Source: Lama guanicoe
Lineage: Eukaryota
Reading direction: 5' to 3'
NCBI GenBank assembly: GCA_013239625.1
Contig: MU054040.1
Location: forward strand, 12,144-59,700
DNA length: 47,557 nt
Part shown: positions 23,239 to 37,242 of the stretch, piece after piece
How the letters are laid out: every line of letters begins with the position of its first letter
Position numbering within the stretch: position 1 is the stretch's first letter
Position numbers and translations under genes: made by a program
The notes under the pieces: generated by a model
Told to the model about the DNA's origin: nothing
Seen by the model: only the letters and a program-made list of their open reading frames with translations
Databases searched by the model: none

Positions 23239-25450
23239 TTAAGGAGATGTTATATGACCACACAATTTTAGTGATAAAATAGAAGCCACAGTATAATTTA
23301 CTTTCCATTCCATATAGTTCTAAAGTTTAGAAAAAGTTCTAAAACCCAGGTTTGAAGGCTACTCATTCAAAATTCTAGGTAATTTTATAAATATTTATCA
23401 AGAAGTTTCAGTGGCTAAAATTATAAACACATTCAGATATACACTTGTCTTTAGACATACAGCAACTTGAAAACAGTGAACACATAAAGAAAACACTCAC
23501 CTTTTCACAAAGGATTCAGTCTTCAACCTGAATAGATTGTGTCTCAGATGCAGTTTCTCTAATACGGATAAGGATGCGCTTAGCCCAAATTCGTCAATGC
23601 CAGTCAGGAAAAGTCAGTTTACACCCAATTTTCTTTCCCAGCTGGATCATTTGTTCAGCCCAATTAGGATGACCATCTTAATTTTTTTTTCTGTCATAAA
23701 CCTTTCCCTTTAACATCAGTCTGGCTTTATGTATAAATGTTGGGTCTATCGTTCTGCACAAAACAATCCTATAATATATTCAAGGAGTTTTCCATACATG
23801 GAGGTAGTTTGTTTATTTAGGTCACTGAGTAAATACTCCTCAAAAGACAATGTCACCTCCCAGACATTCTAGCCACAATAGTTGTCTCAGTGTGGAAAAT
23901 GTGTGCTTGGTATGTTGGGAGCATTAGCTAAGAGCAGTGATGTGTTTCCACATTGGGAGAAGGATGATGGGAAAGTCAGGAAGACAGTTCAGACTGCAGA
24001 ATGTGGGGCACCATCATCATTTCTTTCTGACAGGGTTGACTTTAAGGGAGGCATTAACAACTTGCTCTCGGTCTAATGACACATTAAGATTCGAGTTTGC
24101 AGTGTACACAGCCTCCATGTTTTCCTCAATTCATTGCCAGATAGGATGCTTGAAAGACATCCCCACAGTAACCTTTCAGAATTCATTTCTTTAGATGAAC
24201 CAAAGTAATGAAATGCCAAATGAATTAAATCATATTTTTATGTCAACTGAAAACAATTTAAATAGTCCATGTGCATAAGCTCTGTGGCATGAATGATCTT
24301 TTTATTTCATAGTTTAAAAAAATGATGAAGAATGTGTTAGTTACTATTGCTGTGTTTGTGTGTATGAAAGGGGGGAGGTGACTGCACATGGGGACCTTGC
24401 AGCCGCCCCTCCCCCGTGAGTCTCATTAGACCTGCCACGACCAGGAACACGACGTGAATACACAACTGAAAGGTTTGCATCTTTCCCCTTCTATTCTGTT
24501 CTGCCCCAATTCCCTTTCCTTCAACCTGCCTAGGATAGAGATGAACTTAGCATCTGCCTGTCACTGGATTTCTAGCAGAGGTCTTCTGTGTGCACCTCTG
24601 CCTGGTGAAGTCCCAGTGAGCGTACCATGGATTTGAGCACCTTGTCTAGTCCTCATGTCGTTTCCCGTATGTGTCTTATAAAATCTCACACAGATTTCCT
24701 TAGGCTGGAACTGTGGACTATCTTTCTTTTCAGCCTCTCATAGAAGACAAGCCTTCAACAAAGAGATAGTGAATTGGATCAGTTAAACAGAATTGCTATT
24801 TACGACCCTGGAATTGTCTGCCTTATTGACAAGAAGACGCTAGCATAAACGAAGCCTGATATTTGTAGAAAGGTTGCCGAATGCCATGTTGTCTAACTTC
24901 CCATTTATTCAAGATGGCTCCCAGCATTCTCTCGTGTTTCACGGATAACTAACGTGGGACTACAACAGAGAAGCATGGGCAGATAAAATGCCACACTCAT
25001 TATCATGTGTAAATGTCAACAGAGTTCATGTTTAAAAAAAAAAAAACACCTTTTAATGTGAGAATAGGCATTGGGCCACGCTTCCCCATGTACCATCTGT
25101 CACATCACCTTTGAAGTCCTACCGCAGCCTCGGCCTTTGAAGTCAGACACTCATCCTCCCACACAAAGGAAGCTGCTACATGCAGCAGCAGCACAGAGAT
25201 GAAAGCGTGTGCCTCGGCTATGCTGGAGCTACTGGCGAGGTTTTAATTTAAAGAGCTAATATTCACCTTTGACATCGAAAATTAGCCTTTGGCTACAGTT
25301 CTTCTGGAAGTGTGTTTGGGAGCACACAGATGCAATCTTTACAGGTGTTTCCTCCCCATGTAATAGTTTCAACCAGAAATTTTTCTCAGAGCTGCGTGCT
25401 ATAATATGATAGCAACTATAATAAACAACAGTAAGAGAAATCAGTAAAGT

Positions 25451-25875
25451 TGAAAGAGTCTCACCTTGACCAAACCTTAGTTAGGTTCCTCTAAGTCCGC
25501 TCTTTGACTACATCTCACTCTTGGATTCTGTCTTCAGTCTGCTGAGCACAGTTTTAGCAAAACTCCTGCTAGGTTAGCTTAGTAGGAACCCCCAGCCCTG
25601 GATCTTTGATCAAATGCTCACTCCCCACCCTGTATATCTGATGACCCTGACCTGTCTTCAGCCAGAACCTTGTTAAATATTTTTTAGTAAGAATTCCCCT
25701 AACCTTGCTGTCTTTTTTCTTAGTAATTTTCCATACACTGACCACCCCATTTGGCTTCTTGGGTATAAATCCCCACATGTCTTTGCTGTATTCAGAATTA
25801 AGCTCAGTTTTACTAAGCTCTCTCTCTTTCTTTCTTTTTTTTTTTAATCTATTGCAATAGTTTCTAATAAAATCA
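25451..25875 (+). mobile_element. Solo ERV1 LTR, MER31/MER67-like
   Basis: tgaaagagtctcaccttgaccaaaccttagttaggttcctct, gttttagcaaaactcctgct, ttagtaattttccatacactgacc, TATA (gtataaatcccc), tattgcaatagt..aataaaatc. Confidence 0.8.
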
Positions 25876-26224
25876 GATGACTACAGACAGATACGTGCAC
25901 CCTTTACAGAGGCAACACAAAGTAGGATTAGGATCTCCTATAGCTATGCCTCTGATAATGAAAACTGCTTCAGTTTACTAGGATAGAATTAGGTTTTCAA
26001 ATAAAGCAATGTGCTTATGTGTTTTATTTATTCTATCAGAGGAGATATTGAGAATAAGGATATATTATTAGGTGTGCAATGCATTACGTAATTGGCTAAG
26101 CCTGCAGGTGAGAAATTAAATACAAGAAAACCCTGCCTTTTTATGAACACTTTGCCTGGTGATGAACTGAATGAATAAACATGTAAATAAAATATACATA
26201 TATGGCAGAAATATGGAAGACTGA

Positions 26225-26800
26225 GACATTTGAAGGAACATTCTGGAAAACTTCCTGCAAATCCAACTCCGAAAGGATGGCTGAGCTCGCAAGAGAGCAA
26301 AAGGAATTGCTAAGAAAAAAATAAATAAATTTGAAAGCCAGATAAATAAATGATAGCGGCTTGAAGCAAGAAGGAATTGTAGGCAAAGGAGACAATAACC
26401 CCAAGGTAAAAAGCGCCAGCTCTGGGATCCACAGAAAAAGTATCTGGTTTCTGTGATGTTAAGGAGCTGGATTTGAGATGAAAAATTAAGCTCGTTTGTT
26501 CAAAGGGAATAAAATTGTAGTAGGTCCAATGTCCCACCCTTGCTCACAACAGAACCCAAAGCAAAACTTCTCTGGAGTGAAATGTACAGCAACCCACAGG
26601 TTAATTTTAATCAAATGTAGTTCCCAACTCGAAATCACCAAACACACACGTCACCCGCAGTAAGAGTAAGAATAATAATAATAACAATTATAATAACAGA
26701 ATCAGCCTAGACTCTAAGGACTTCATGCATTAAAGATATTAGAATAAGGTTATGAATTAATTAGTCATGAAATATTTGCAGAAAAATGTGGACTAAAAAA
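26225..26800 (+). mobile_element. Ancient L1 5'/ORF1-region remnant (L1ME-type)
   Basis: ggctgagctcgcaagagagcaaaaggaa and A-rich aaatcaccaaacacac..aacagaatcag..aaggacttca are typical of L1ME 5' ends. Confidence 0.45.
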
Positions 26801-28319
26801 ATCCCACCAATATCATATCTATCCAATATTGTACTGTTGTTGCAAATCAAAATGACTCACAAATACAGAGGTAACGCTTAGAAATGTATGTAATGGAGCA
26901 AATCAGAGACAGCAGAGGATCAACAGGTGGAAGCACCTGCTCTGAAGGTCTGTTACTGGTAAGAGCCTCTCAAAGTCTCTATTTAATTGAATCCAGAAAA
27001 GGAGTTGTAAAGTATGGGCTATGTGTGAAGTTTGATTCTTAAGCACACTGGCGTGTTTGACCCTCCCTCTGTGGTCTGCTGAGACATGGTCAACACAGAT
27101 TTTCGGACAAATAATTTCCCTTAAATACGAAGACCAAAACAGCTTGGGTGACACGGGCAGAACTGAATGCTCTGACCGGATAATGGTCTCCCACGGTTAG
27201 TGAAAATAAGTACCCAGGTGAGGCAGACACGTTTATTTTCAAAGCGGAAGGTTGTTTTTCCATCACGATGTCCAATTTCATTTTTATTAATGTCATTAGG
27301 AGAAAATAATTCATGGCAAGAAATAAAAAGTAAACAAAGAAAATTCATAAAAACCCAGTGCTGTTGAGCTCCGTGGGCTGTTTCTGATGTAAGGGTTAAG
27401 TGTTCCTAGCTAGTAACGGCTCGAGTTAGCAAGAGTAGAATTAGAGAAGTCGAGAGTTTGCATTTAGACTTTTCATAAACTGTGTGCTTCAGCGCTGCTT
27501 TCCTTTAGGGTCTATTTTAGCAGGTTTGAATGGCTCTCTGCTCCCACTGGTGGATGGTGAATTTTCACTTGTGCCTAAGGAGACAAGACAAAGTCAGCCT
27601 GCCCACTGACAGCGAGGCACACCATCCAAGGACAGTCAATCTGAAAGTGTTCGTTTTAAACTCTATTTTGAGTTTATTGTTCTTCCTTTTTGTCTCAAAC
27701 GCTGGGCAAATGCTCCAGGTTCTCACCTCAAGGTCTGCCTAGACAGAGCCCTTCGATAGCAGACTCGCAGAAATGCTCAGCAGTTCTGAAAACTAGTCAC
27801 AAATGAACAATGGGACGTGTGTTCTTTCTCTAACACAGGTAGATGTTGTGCTGAAAGGCATTTTTATTCTAATATCTGTATTTTGCTGATGTTTATCCGT
27901 TGCGAGCAGTGGCTATGGAATGAAGAAATCAATCCTGAGCTTTCTAAAAATCTCAATCAAAATGCCACATTCTCAGTGGTTTCTTGCGAGGTCCACAAAG
28001 CAAAAAACAAGTGGTATTTCCGACTCTCCAAGAAGATCCCACCTGTCATCAGCCCCTTTTTGAAAAGATAGAATCATCGAACTCTCACGCTCCACCGTTA
28101 ATTGCACAATTCTAAGAAACAGTTCATATCGAGCCCCTATATTCTTAACTAATGAATTTCTTTTTGGGGTTTTACATTCTTTTTGTGCATCTTTCACCAA
28201 ATGCTTAATTTGGCTTTCACGAATAGGTGGGATCTTGGTATGCCACGGGGTTGGTGTTTAAACTCAGCCTAATGTCAATAATTCGCTTTCACTGCATCTC
28301 ACTTTTCTCCCTGCCTCTG

Positions 28320-28682
28320 ATTTAAGTACCTTTGGCCATGTTCTCCTCCCAATCCAGAATGATCTCCCTCCATCCCTCACATCAAATGCATCCTTCAGAG
28401 TCAACCTGAGGTCCACTTTCTCCATGCTATTCTCATCTTTGCTCTGCCCTCAGCACCTCTCTCCTGGTCTGTGGTGTTCACTTCACATTGTTAGGCAGAC
28501 GGTTGTTACGTTTGTGCCTAATCTCACTAATTAAATTAACACCTCCTCAAAAGTAGGTACTGGATGAGTGCTTGCTCATTGGCCCTCACAGCATCTAACA
28601 CAGGTATGGTCAGATGTCGTGACACACCTAGTTGAAGAAGTGAATTGAATGAAACCGAGTGAAATAGAATGAAATTGAATGG
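28320..28682 (+). mobile_element. L2 3' fragment
   Basis: catccttcagagtcaacctgaggtccactttctccatg...cacagcatctaacacagg...(tgaa)-type tail. Confidence 0.65.
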
Positions 28683-31019
28683 AAACATTTATTTTTCTGG
28701 AACATTTTGAAGTTGTATTTTCCAGATTTTAATTTCTAAGTAAGTGATTTTTTTTTACATGGAAACTGTATTTTCCTACCAGTAGGTCTCATGTGTGATT
28801 TTTCAATTGATTCTTTCATCATAGGATCAAAGTCCCTAGAGAAATCTGTAGCCAGTGAATACGGCAAAATGAGAAAATATTTGCATTGAGCGGAAAATCA
28901 ATCTCCTTTAGCTCAAATATCTGCACATTATACGAGATTTGGAAGTCACTGAGTCCATCCTTTCATTTCTCTGATACTAACCTGAGATGACCTTTCATAG
29001 GATGTCAGTGATTCCATGCCTACTTGATGACCGCCATCTCCCTAATTTGCAGCCTCTGATCTTTCAACCTTGAGTACAAATGAAAGCAAAAGGGGAGACT
29101 CCAGCTCTTGAAAGTTTTCAGTAGTTGATTTCCAACATTATCATAAGGCGCTTCCTCAGAGTCCCTTTCATCAGAGGCTCTTTCAAATGCAATAGACATT
29201 AATTACTAATTATAAACAGAACAGCCACCACTCTGTGGCATGTTCCCTGTCCATACTTTTCTTTCTTTGCCTGTTTCTCTTCCTTTTTGTTGCTCCTACT
29301 TATTTTTTTTCCTTTCTCTTTATCTCCCCCTATATTTATGTTGAAAATTTGAAAGAAAAAAAAAAAAAAACTTGCAATTCTGTTAATGGACAGGGGTGGG
29401 GAGAAGGGCCAGAGAAGTCTTAGGTCCCCTTTCCTCTGAAATCCTTATCTATATCAGTCCTACAAATAGTTAACTTACCCTGTCAGAGTTTTGGGTTCTT
29501 CTATAATTGTAATTGAATTTCATGGTCTCTGATGTCATATTTATGCCTAATGGTCCATGAGTCTAAGTTGTCATGAGTCTAAGTACCCTGCAGGATAGGT
29601 TTTATAGAAAGATTTGCCCTTGGGAGAACCTGACAACCAGGTGGAATTTATTTGAGGGCTACCTATCCCATTTCTGTTCCTGACTCTTGTTCTGAAACTG
29701 CTGTCATGGAAGCAAAGCCTGCTTGCTTTGTTAATTCTGCCCAAGGGCCCACAGATTTCCACCAAAGCAGGACTCAACGTCTCTGAGCAACTTCCCACGT
29801 TCTCCCTCTTGAGCAGTCGCCATCATAATATTTCCATCTTTTATCTCTTGACATCAGGACAATCACCACAACTTGCTAACCTGGAAATCTAATTTCCAAT
29901 AGTGATAAGATGCACATTCCCATGGGAGAAGTTACAACGAAAGTGTTACCAACCAGGCAGAGGGGACTCCTGTAGATCGTGTGTATTTCCCTAAGAACCC
30001 AGTCCCAGCTGGTGAATTTTCAAGTATTGTGTCAGACCAGTAGGGGAGACAGTTTTGCTAGCAAGTGTCTTCCCCTGAGGCCACTGACCTCTTCATCTCC
30101 CAACAGATCAAATGGGTACATTTCTACTGTAGTCACTGCCTAAAGTGGTTTAGGACGTTTAATGCATGCAGGGAAGACTGAAGGGCACTGTGCTCTCAGA
30201 AGCCAGAGAGCCTCTGAAAGGAGATATCGGAGTCAACTTTCCCCAGTTGGGAGGTGCACTTTTATCAGGGATATTTGCAGGGCAGTTAAGTGCATGCTCT
30301 TTGTCAACAGATCTGGGTGCAAACCAGGCAGCAATGGCCCAAGGTGTGGCTTGGAGCTTTGATAATTCTCAAATCTCTATCAGTTCCTTTCTCAAAATCA
30401 AAACAAATGGAAATAAAAATAGAAGCTAAGTAAAATCAGAAGGATTGTTATAAAAAACGCAGTTTTAAGACACATGTACCAATACAGCTCAACAACCTGC
30501 TTCTCTCTGTCCTATATAAAATCATGGAACCACTGTTAAAACCTATATTTTAATTGACGGCCATGCCCCATCCATTTACATGGAGACTGGTCATTTCAGT
30601 GCCTACGGGAGGATTGCCAACTAAGTATCAGGAGCTACATCATTCGTTTGGAGGCTTTTGCTGAAGCAGAGGAACGTCACTTTGACTATGGTTGTGGAGC
30701 ATTGCGACTCCTCCCAGCAGCCCTCGAGTAATACTGAGCAGATGCGCTGTATACAGAGCACAGCTCCCATCCACCTGGGCTGGATACGTCTGAGGAAAGC
30801 AGTCTGCTGTTTCCAGGAGTTTCTCACAAGACAAAGCTGCAGTCAACAACAGCGACAGTCTACTAGAAAATGCACCCACCACTGTCCATCTTCCCTTCAA
30901 CTTCTCAATTCCCTTCCCTTCTCCTGCAATTTCCTGCCCTTCCCAGTTGACAATTTTTACTCAAGTCTTCGACAAGTGTCTCTTTCTAAGGGAGCCTGGA
31001 CTTGCCGGTTGTCAGGAGT

Positions 31020-31185
31020 GAGCTCTTGGGATGGTTACATATGCTCTCTTAATCTTCATTTCCTTATCTTTAAAATGGAAGTAACAATGACACCTGCCTC
31101 ACAGAGGATTTTCTGAGGACTTAGTGACATACTCGCAAAGCCCTCGGCATGATGGATGGCAAATACACGCTAAGAACTGGGTGAG
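31020..31185 (+). mobile_element. MIR SINE
   Basis: cttcatttccttatctttaaaatggaagtaacaatgacacctgcctcacagaggattttctgagga. Confidence 0.8.
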
Positions 31186-32499
31186 TATTAGATAAGATGG
31201 TAATTACTGCCCTTATTTGTCTGGGCAGAGCACACTCCATAAGGGCATTTAGAAGTACATTTAAAATACACACGTGTGAGACGATGGGCCACCAATATCC
31301 TGTCGACAAGCACACATTTCTGTAGGTTTTATTTATTATGCATATTATTCATGCTCACTGTCTATTGGACATGTTTGAGATGAGGACTTTCCTTTGTTCA
31401 CCCAACTGTACTGATCAAGCTATCAACAGGTAGTTTACTTTCACTGAGGCTGGATAGGGAGCAACAAGTGGCACAGTGTATCCTAGACTCTAAGGTGTGA
31501 AGCGCCATATGCTTACAGAGAGAAATGGGGATGCCATGCTGATACTGTCAAAGATGAACAAAAGATATTGACGGGTCTATGAGTTCACTTTGTGTACTGC
31601 TTAACGCTCCCAGATGTCGGTCAGGATATGTTCCACTGGATGGCACCTCCTGGAGTTCAGGAAAATAAATGAGCAGCCTCATTTCTGGTAAATTTATCCT
31701 GTTCACCAGTCTATTGTAAAATTATATTCAATACAACATAGCAGCCCAACAATAGAAATGGTACATTGAATTGTTAAAATTTTCAACAATTCTAACAACT
31801 TTGAGCCAGAGTGGATTGTTCAAAGGGATGTCATATGTGTGTTTACCTGTGAAAAACTCATAATATGTTTACAGAAATTAACTGGCCCGTTGAAATCTCT
31901 GGCCTATTAAAAACATACTCTTGTCTGAAATACTGATTATTGTAATTGTGTGTTGTAATATTTTTTGAATTATCCATGTAACTGCACCAATTTTCTAGAA
32001 TATTTCTCCTGTAGCAATGTACCTATTAAGCTGAAGTTTCCTGACAAATACATTGTCCCACTTTCAGAACTGAAATAAAATCTCAGCAGGAAAGCAAGCC
32101 TCCCACATGTGAAAAGGTATCGCTCTTTGACCAAGCACTTTGCTTCCAGTGGGAGACAGAAGGAAGGAGAGAGTGTTACCTACCTGACCGGGGTAGCAAT
32201 AACTCTCTGTTTATCTCAGCTATCCAACCCGCAAATGGAAAGAAGGGCCCTGCCTATATCGCAGATATGTTATCAAAATTAAATGAAATAATATTCATGA
32301 CACAGATTTAAAAAGAACAAAACCTCGTACCTTAGACATTGCGTTAAAACATAGTGTTTGTTTTGAGCATCCTAGTGTGTCTTTTTTATTTCCACTGAGA
32401 AGGGATTCAGAAGTGATCTGAGTTACCATTAATCTTCCACTGTTTGCTTCTGGCCCCCAAATCCCAGCTAAGGTTTGATTGCACCCATTCCCTAATCAC

Positions 32500-32842
32500 A
32501 CCTTTTGTATATTCTCCTGTTTCCCTGCTGCAATTCATGCTAGTTTTTTGCTTGAAAATATTCTTTCCTTCTATTTGTCAGAATTTTACCCATTTTTTAA
32601 AGTCCCACCTTAAATATAATTTTCTCTCTGAGAACGTTGCCTCCTTTTTTGCTACTTGAAACTTTGAAAGCATAGTCTTTGAATTTTGCTATGTGACAAC
32701 ATGCCTCCTCCTTAAGATACAGTCATTTAAGTCCCTGAGTGATTCCTTCTCACAGATTTTAATCTTTGGGGCAAGATGCCTGTAAGGCCCAGGAAAGGCT
32801 TCCTCAACCACAACTCTACAAAAGTATTTGTTAAGATGAACC
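32500..32842 (+). mobile_element. L2 fragment
   Basis: cccattttttaaagtcccaccttaaatataattttctctctgagaa...aaagtatttgttaagatgaa. Confidence 0.45.
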
Positions 32843-33671
32843 AAAGACTCATCCTGGACTTTTCCTCCACAAATTTCCTTGAGCAAAATATATTTAAGAA
32901 AATCCAGGTGTGTCTTCACTGTTCTTAAGTAGCAGGGACGCCACTGTTTGCTCTCCTTTAGTGAATGAGGTTGGGAATATAACTGGAGTCATTTCTGAAA
33001 CAGAAATCCTGGTAAACCCTTCCCTGATGAGGGGGAAACAGGAAGAAGGGTCCTGCAGAGGGCTTCCCATGGAACCTGAGGACCCACACTGAAACAGGCA
33101 GGCGATGAGATGCAACAACATATTCATCTGACTCCCCTGGTAATTTTTCAGATCTCAAAGCATAATAAATAACAGTGATGTACGTGAACTCCTCTAGCGT
33201 ATTTCTGGAATCTGATTAAGTGTTCAGTGTATACTAAAGACAAAAGAAGCGAAAATAACAAACGTGACTTCCACTAGCTGTGCTAAATAGGGAAACAGGA
33301 ATAGTGATGGATGAAAAATCACCTCCACTCATCACTCCTCCCTGTATCGACCCCAGGGCACACCCGGTCCTGCACCCAAGGAGTTGGTGAGATGAGCACA
33401 GATGGGCAGAACGTCTTCATGCCTCTCATTAACAAGTTGGCCATATCAGAGTGGATCATGTCAGCTTGGTTTGGTTTGGCCAAGGGCAACGCATGCTGTC
33501 AGAACCCTTTACCATCTTAAGTCCAGTGAGAAGATGGGAGAATGCAGTTGCAACATTAATTCCATTTATCTTAGGTCAGTGGTTTGATGTGATTCTTCTT
33601 CAGACCTTGGGCAAAATGATCAATGCACATTTTCAGACTGTAGCTAACCGAGTTCCGATGCATTCCTAGTG

Positions 33672-33752
33672 GGATGCTAGGAGCCTGGTTTCTGGTCTTG
33701 TGTGGCACTTACAAGGCATGTGGCCAAGCCATTTAACTCCTTTCTGCCTGAA
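33672..33752 (+). mobile_element. MIR fragment
   Basis: gagcctggtttctggtcttg..gcacttac..ggccaagccatttaactcctttctgcct. Confidence 0.5.
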
Positions 33753-35655
33753 GACTTGGGTGAACATTTGCCCTTTATTGTTTGTCATAGTCCCTGCTTC
33801 TGCCTGTTGTCACTGCCTAATTTTTAATAGCATCCCTTTCCTTCCCCAAAGTATTCACATTTGGCTAATAAATTATATGATCACCCTACTTATCACGTAA
33901 GGATCCATGAGCAAGTAATTTCTAATCTTTTGCTTCCATGAGTGTCTGTAATTTAACATCTATAAATTAACGTGTAATGAAAAAACGTCTAAAATGAGAC
34001 ACAAATATATACAACACATTTGATATCACACTAAAACAATATTTTTATGTTCTATAGGCAAAAAATTCACAATCCCAAACACCTTAGCAGAATTAGATTC
34101 AACTCAGTGGGCTCATTGATCCACCCATCCCCCATCCTCTGTCAATGTTCTTTGATAGAGAGAGAGGACTAGACCGAGCAACTTTACAGAATGATGTAAA
34201 ACCTTATTTCTTTTTTTTTTCTTTCTTTTTATTGGTAATTGTCTTTTCTAGTCTATAAAGAAAGGGAGGCCTTTTTCTTCCCAACGTCTTGCCTTTGAGG
34301 GTTCATTGAGCGTCAGTCTTCTTGAAGTAATGTTTCTCAACAAAATAAAATTTATAACAGCAGGAAATGTAAATTTAGTTGGTGGAGAAGAGTTGAGAGC
34401 ATTGAAATAAGAAATGTTGCCATCGATAGAGGCAGGGTGACAAATGCTACTGAAGGAAGGGAGAGATAAATGTTAAAATAGGAGAAAAATGAGAGAGCGC
34501 ATTCAGATTTTCCAGGTCGCATCCTTGGCTATGAATATTTGTCAGATGTCGTGACAGCTGTGCCTCTTGGTATGACTTTCAGAAATACGCTCTTGCATTC
34601 GTTTAAAAGGGGGTTCCTATGCTTAGTCAATGAAATGGAGTTAGACACATTAAGGAACATTTAAGATGGGGCAAAGAAATCTAAGAGAATTATAAATGCA
34701 AGTTTGAGCACAAATACCAACCCCCCAACATAGCACCTGTACAGTGTTCTTCAGGCGTATGTTTGGATGGGTGACAGGCTGTAATAAGTTGAGAGAAGAA
34801 GTAACAGCAAAGACAATGATGTATGATGTCTCTAAAATTGCTTTGACTTCAGCCTGTGCCTTTGTCTCTAAGACTGCTCTCTTTAATGATGGTAAATAAT
34901 CTCAAGTGCTCTTTGAAGTTGGGTAACGCACAAGGTTCTCCTTTTGCATAGCTTTGAAATTAGATTCTGAAAAGCCTTAAATTGAAGCATAATTCAGGAG
35001 TCTTGAATGCGGTATGCATCTTCAGTCCCTATGATGTGGGAAGTGGTCAGACAGAGGTTGAAGCTGAGACGCTAAATTCAAACGGGCGGGTGACAAGTTC
35101 CCTGTGGAGATGACCACTTTTAATGTGTCAGATTAATCTTTTCCACACCTTCGTTATTGTTAAGAATAAAAATTATTATTAATATGTTTTTAAAAGGTGT
35201 TAGTATTGTCTCAGAGTTTTGAGGGTATACATGAAAATTATAATACACTTTTACTTTGGGCAGAATAAAATCTGGAAATAAAATAAAAAAAACTAAATGG
35301 ACACGCAGTAAGAGAAATGGTGAAAGTTAAAATCAACGTGACTTTCTGTTCAAGATTTCAAGTTCCTATAAAGCAGGAATTAGGCAACACTATTTATTTT
35401 TGCTTTGTGCCCAACACAGCATCACATTAACCCTTCCTATAAGCTTCAATTGGGGAGACACAGGAAGTCACAGAAGCCATTCATCGCACAGAGGAAAATG
35501 CTGCTGGCAAGACTCTTACGGACACTATTTGGGAAAATTCAAAGAAATGAAAATGAGTTTCCAACCTTTTGTAACCCAGACTGAACGTACTAAAAAAAAA
35601 AAAAAAACCTCTCGACCTAAGGACCATTTGACACACCCGTTGTACAAATAAATGA

Positions 35656-35749
35656 TGGGGTAAGATATAGGTCAGTGGTAGAGGGCATGCTTAGAGCATG
35701 GGTTCAATCCCCAGTACCTCCACTTAGATAAGTAAATGAATAAACAAAA
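35656..35749 (+). mobile_element. Vic-1-like SINE with short internal deletion
   Basis: tataggtcagtggtagagggcatgcttag..gggttcaatccccagtacctccac plus A-rich tail. Confidence 0.8.
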
Positions 35750-37242
35750 GGAAGGAAGTGGCATGAAGACAGCCCAGAGGCAGCACTGTCTGGTTGGAAG
35801 AAGGCATGTGATCATTTACCGAAGCGTCCAGGCCCCAGAACATTAGGGCCACAGGGCAATGAAAAGTTTGTAAGGCACCGCAGTCAACCATCCTCTCCAT
35901 TTTTCTTTTTTTTTTTAGTTCTCCCAAGAGCTGCACTGAAACATGGATATTCTTCAGCAGTCCGCTCTCTCCCCACCAGGGTGAGCCAGGCATTTTCCCT
36001 CTTTTCCTGTCTAACCTAATTTAGAATCCTCCTTTGCAAAATGCCTTTACCACCTGCCTGAGGTGAAAGGAACACAGCTCATGCCAACCGACAGAAATGT
36101 TTTCTGCAAGGCTGAGTTAACAGGGCAACCTTACATTATCTCTTGCTGAATAAGGAGTTTTTTTTTCTCCTAACAGTGAAGGCTGAGAATGTACTTTTCT
36201 TTATTCTTTTAAATGAATCTCAGGTTAAGTGGAGAGCAGCCAAAGCAGCAGATTCACATACTGGGGCTGATACTGAAGATCTTCTGTCCTGAGGAAGGAA
36301 AGGTACATGGGAAGGAAAGTGTGCTTTCTCATAGACCCGTCCTAGAAAGCAACACAGACCCCTCAGTGGTGCCTCTTCTCTGGATCAAATAATTCCCATG
36401 CTACCGCTTCCCATTATTCAGTGTGAAATAATCCCTCCTAACTCTCCTGGACCATTGCGACAATCTTTAGATCCCCGTACCTAACACATTACCCTCACTC
36501 TATCACCACGTTCACCATCCCCACCATCATCAATTTCATGTCCCTCTAGGGCTCCAGTACTTCCGGGGCCCCTCCACCCCCTACAGGATAATGCTTGAAG
36601 CTAACTTGACATTGAAAGTTTTTCCACATGCAGATCCTCGTTCACCTTTATGAACCAAAGCCCAGCTGTTGTCATCACGAATGTTCTTCCACGGGGAGGT
36701 CTTTGTGGCCCGTCAGTTCTGTTGACTGCTATGCCTTCGTCAATTTTAATGCTTCATCATGAAGTTTCCTCAATTAAATATAATATATATCCTTTCATAA
36801 AATCCATTTTACCCTTTATGTCTTTCTTCTCTTCCCTAAAATCTTCCTGATTCCTTCAGCATGTCCTGCTTTCCCTCTCTGCACACATTTTGCATTATTC
36901 ATGGCTAAGAGAATCCCACGTCTTGACTTATTGTGTGTACCAAGTGTGTTCATTCATTTAATCAGCTATCGTGACTACGTTTCTACTTTCTCAAGTTCAA
37001 CTTCTGGGTCTTAGGCTGATGTCTGTCCTCCCACCAAACATCACTGCAACGAACATGTTCGTGCTGACATTTGAAAATGATTTTGCATTAATTTAAACCA
37101 TCAAGAGAAATAATTAAATGAAAATCTTCTCCATTAGCAGCACTACAAAATTCACATTGACTGCAAGAAAGATCAATTATGGGTGCAGTTTAAAAAAAAA
37201 ATCACTGATGTGTTCAGACTGAGCAAGCAGCACAGAGGATGC

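Noticed and set aside
23490..29482. Isolated strong minus-strand donors (AAG|GTGAGT ~23500, AGG|GTAAGT ~29478)
   Set aside because: No convincing paired acceptor or reading frame; expected by chance in 47 kb
30658..31116. Longest ORF (152 aa)
   Set aside because: TTG start, runs into a MIR element, no recognisable domain
33012..33068. Hammerhead-like motif order: CTGATGA-gggg-GAAA followed by a CAGGA/TCCTG stem
   Set aside because: No stem II or G10.1-C11.1 pair, C instead of the required U16.1 at the NUH site, and poor stem I pairing; most likely chance
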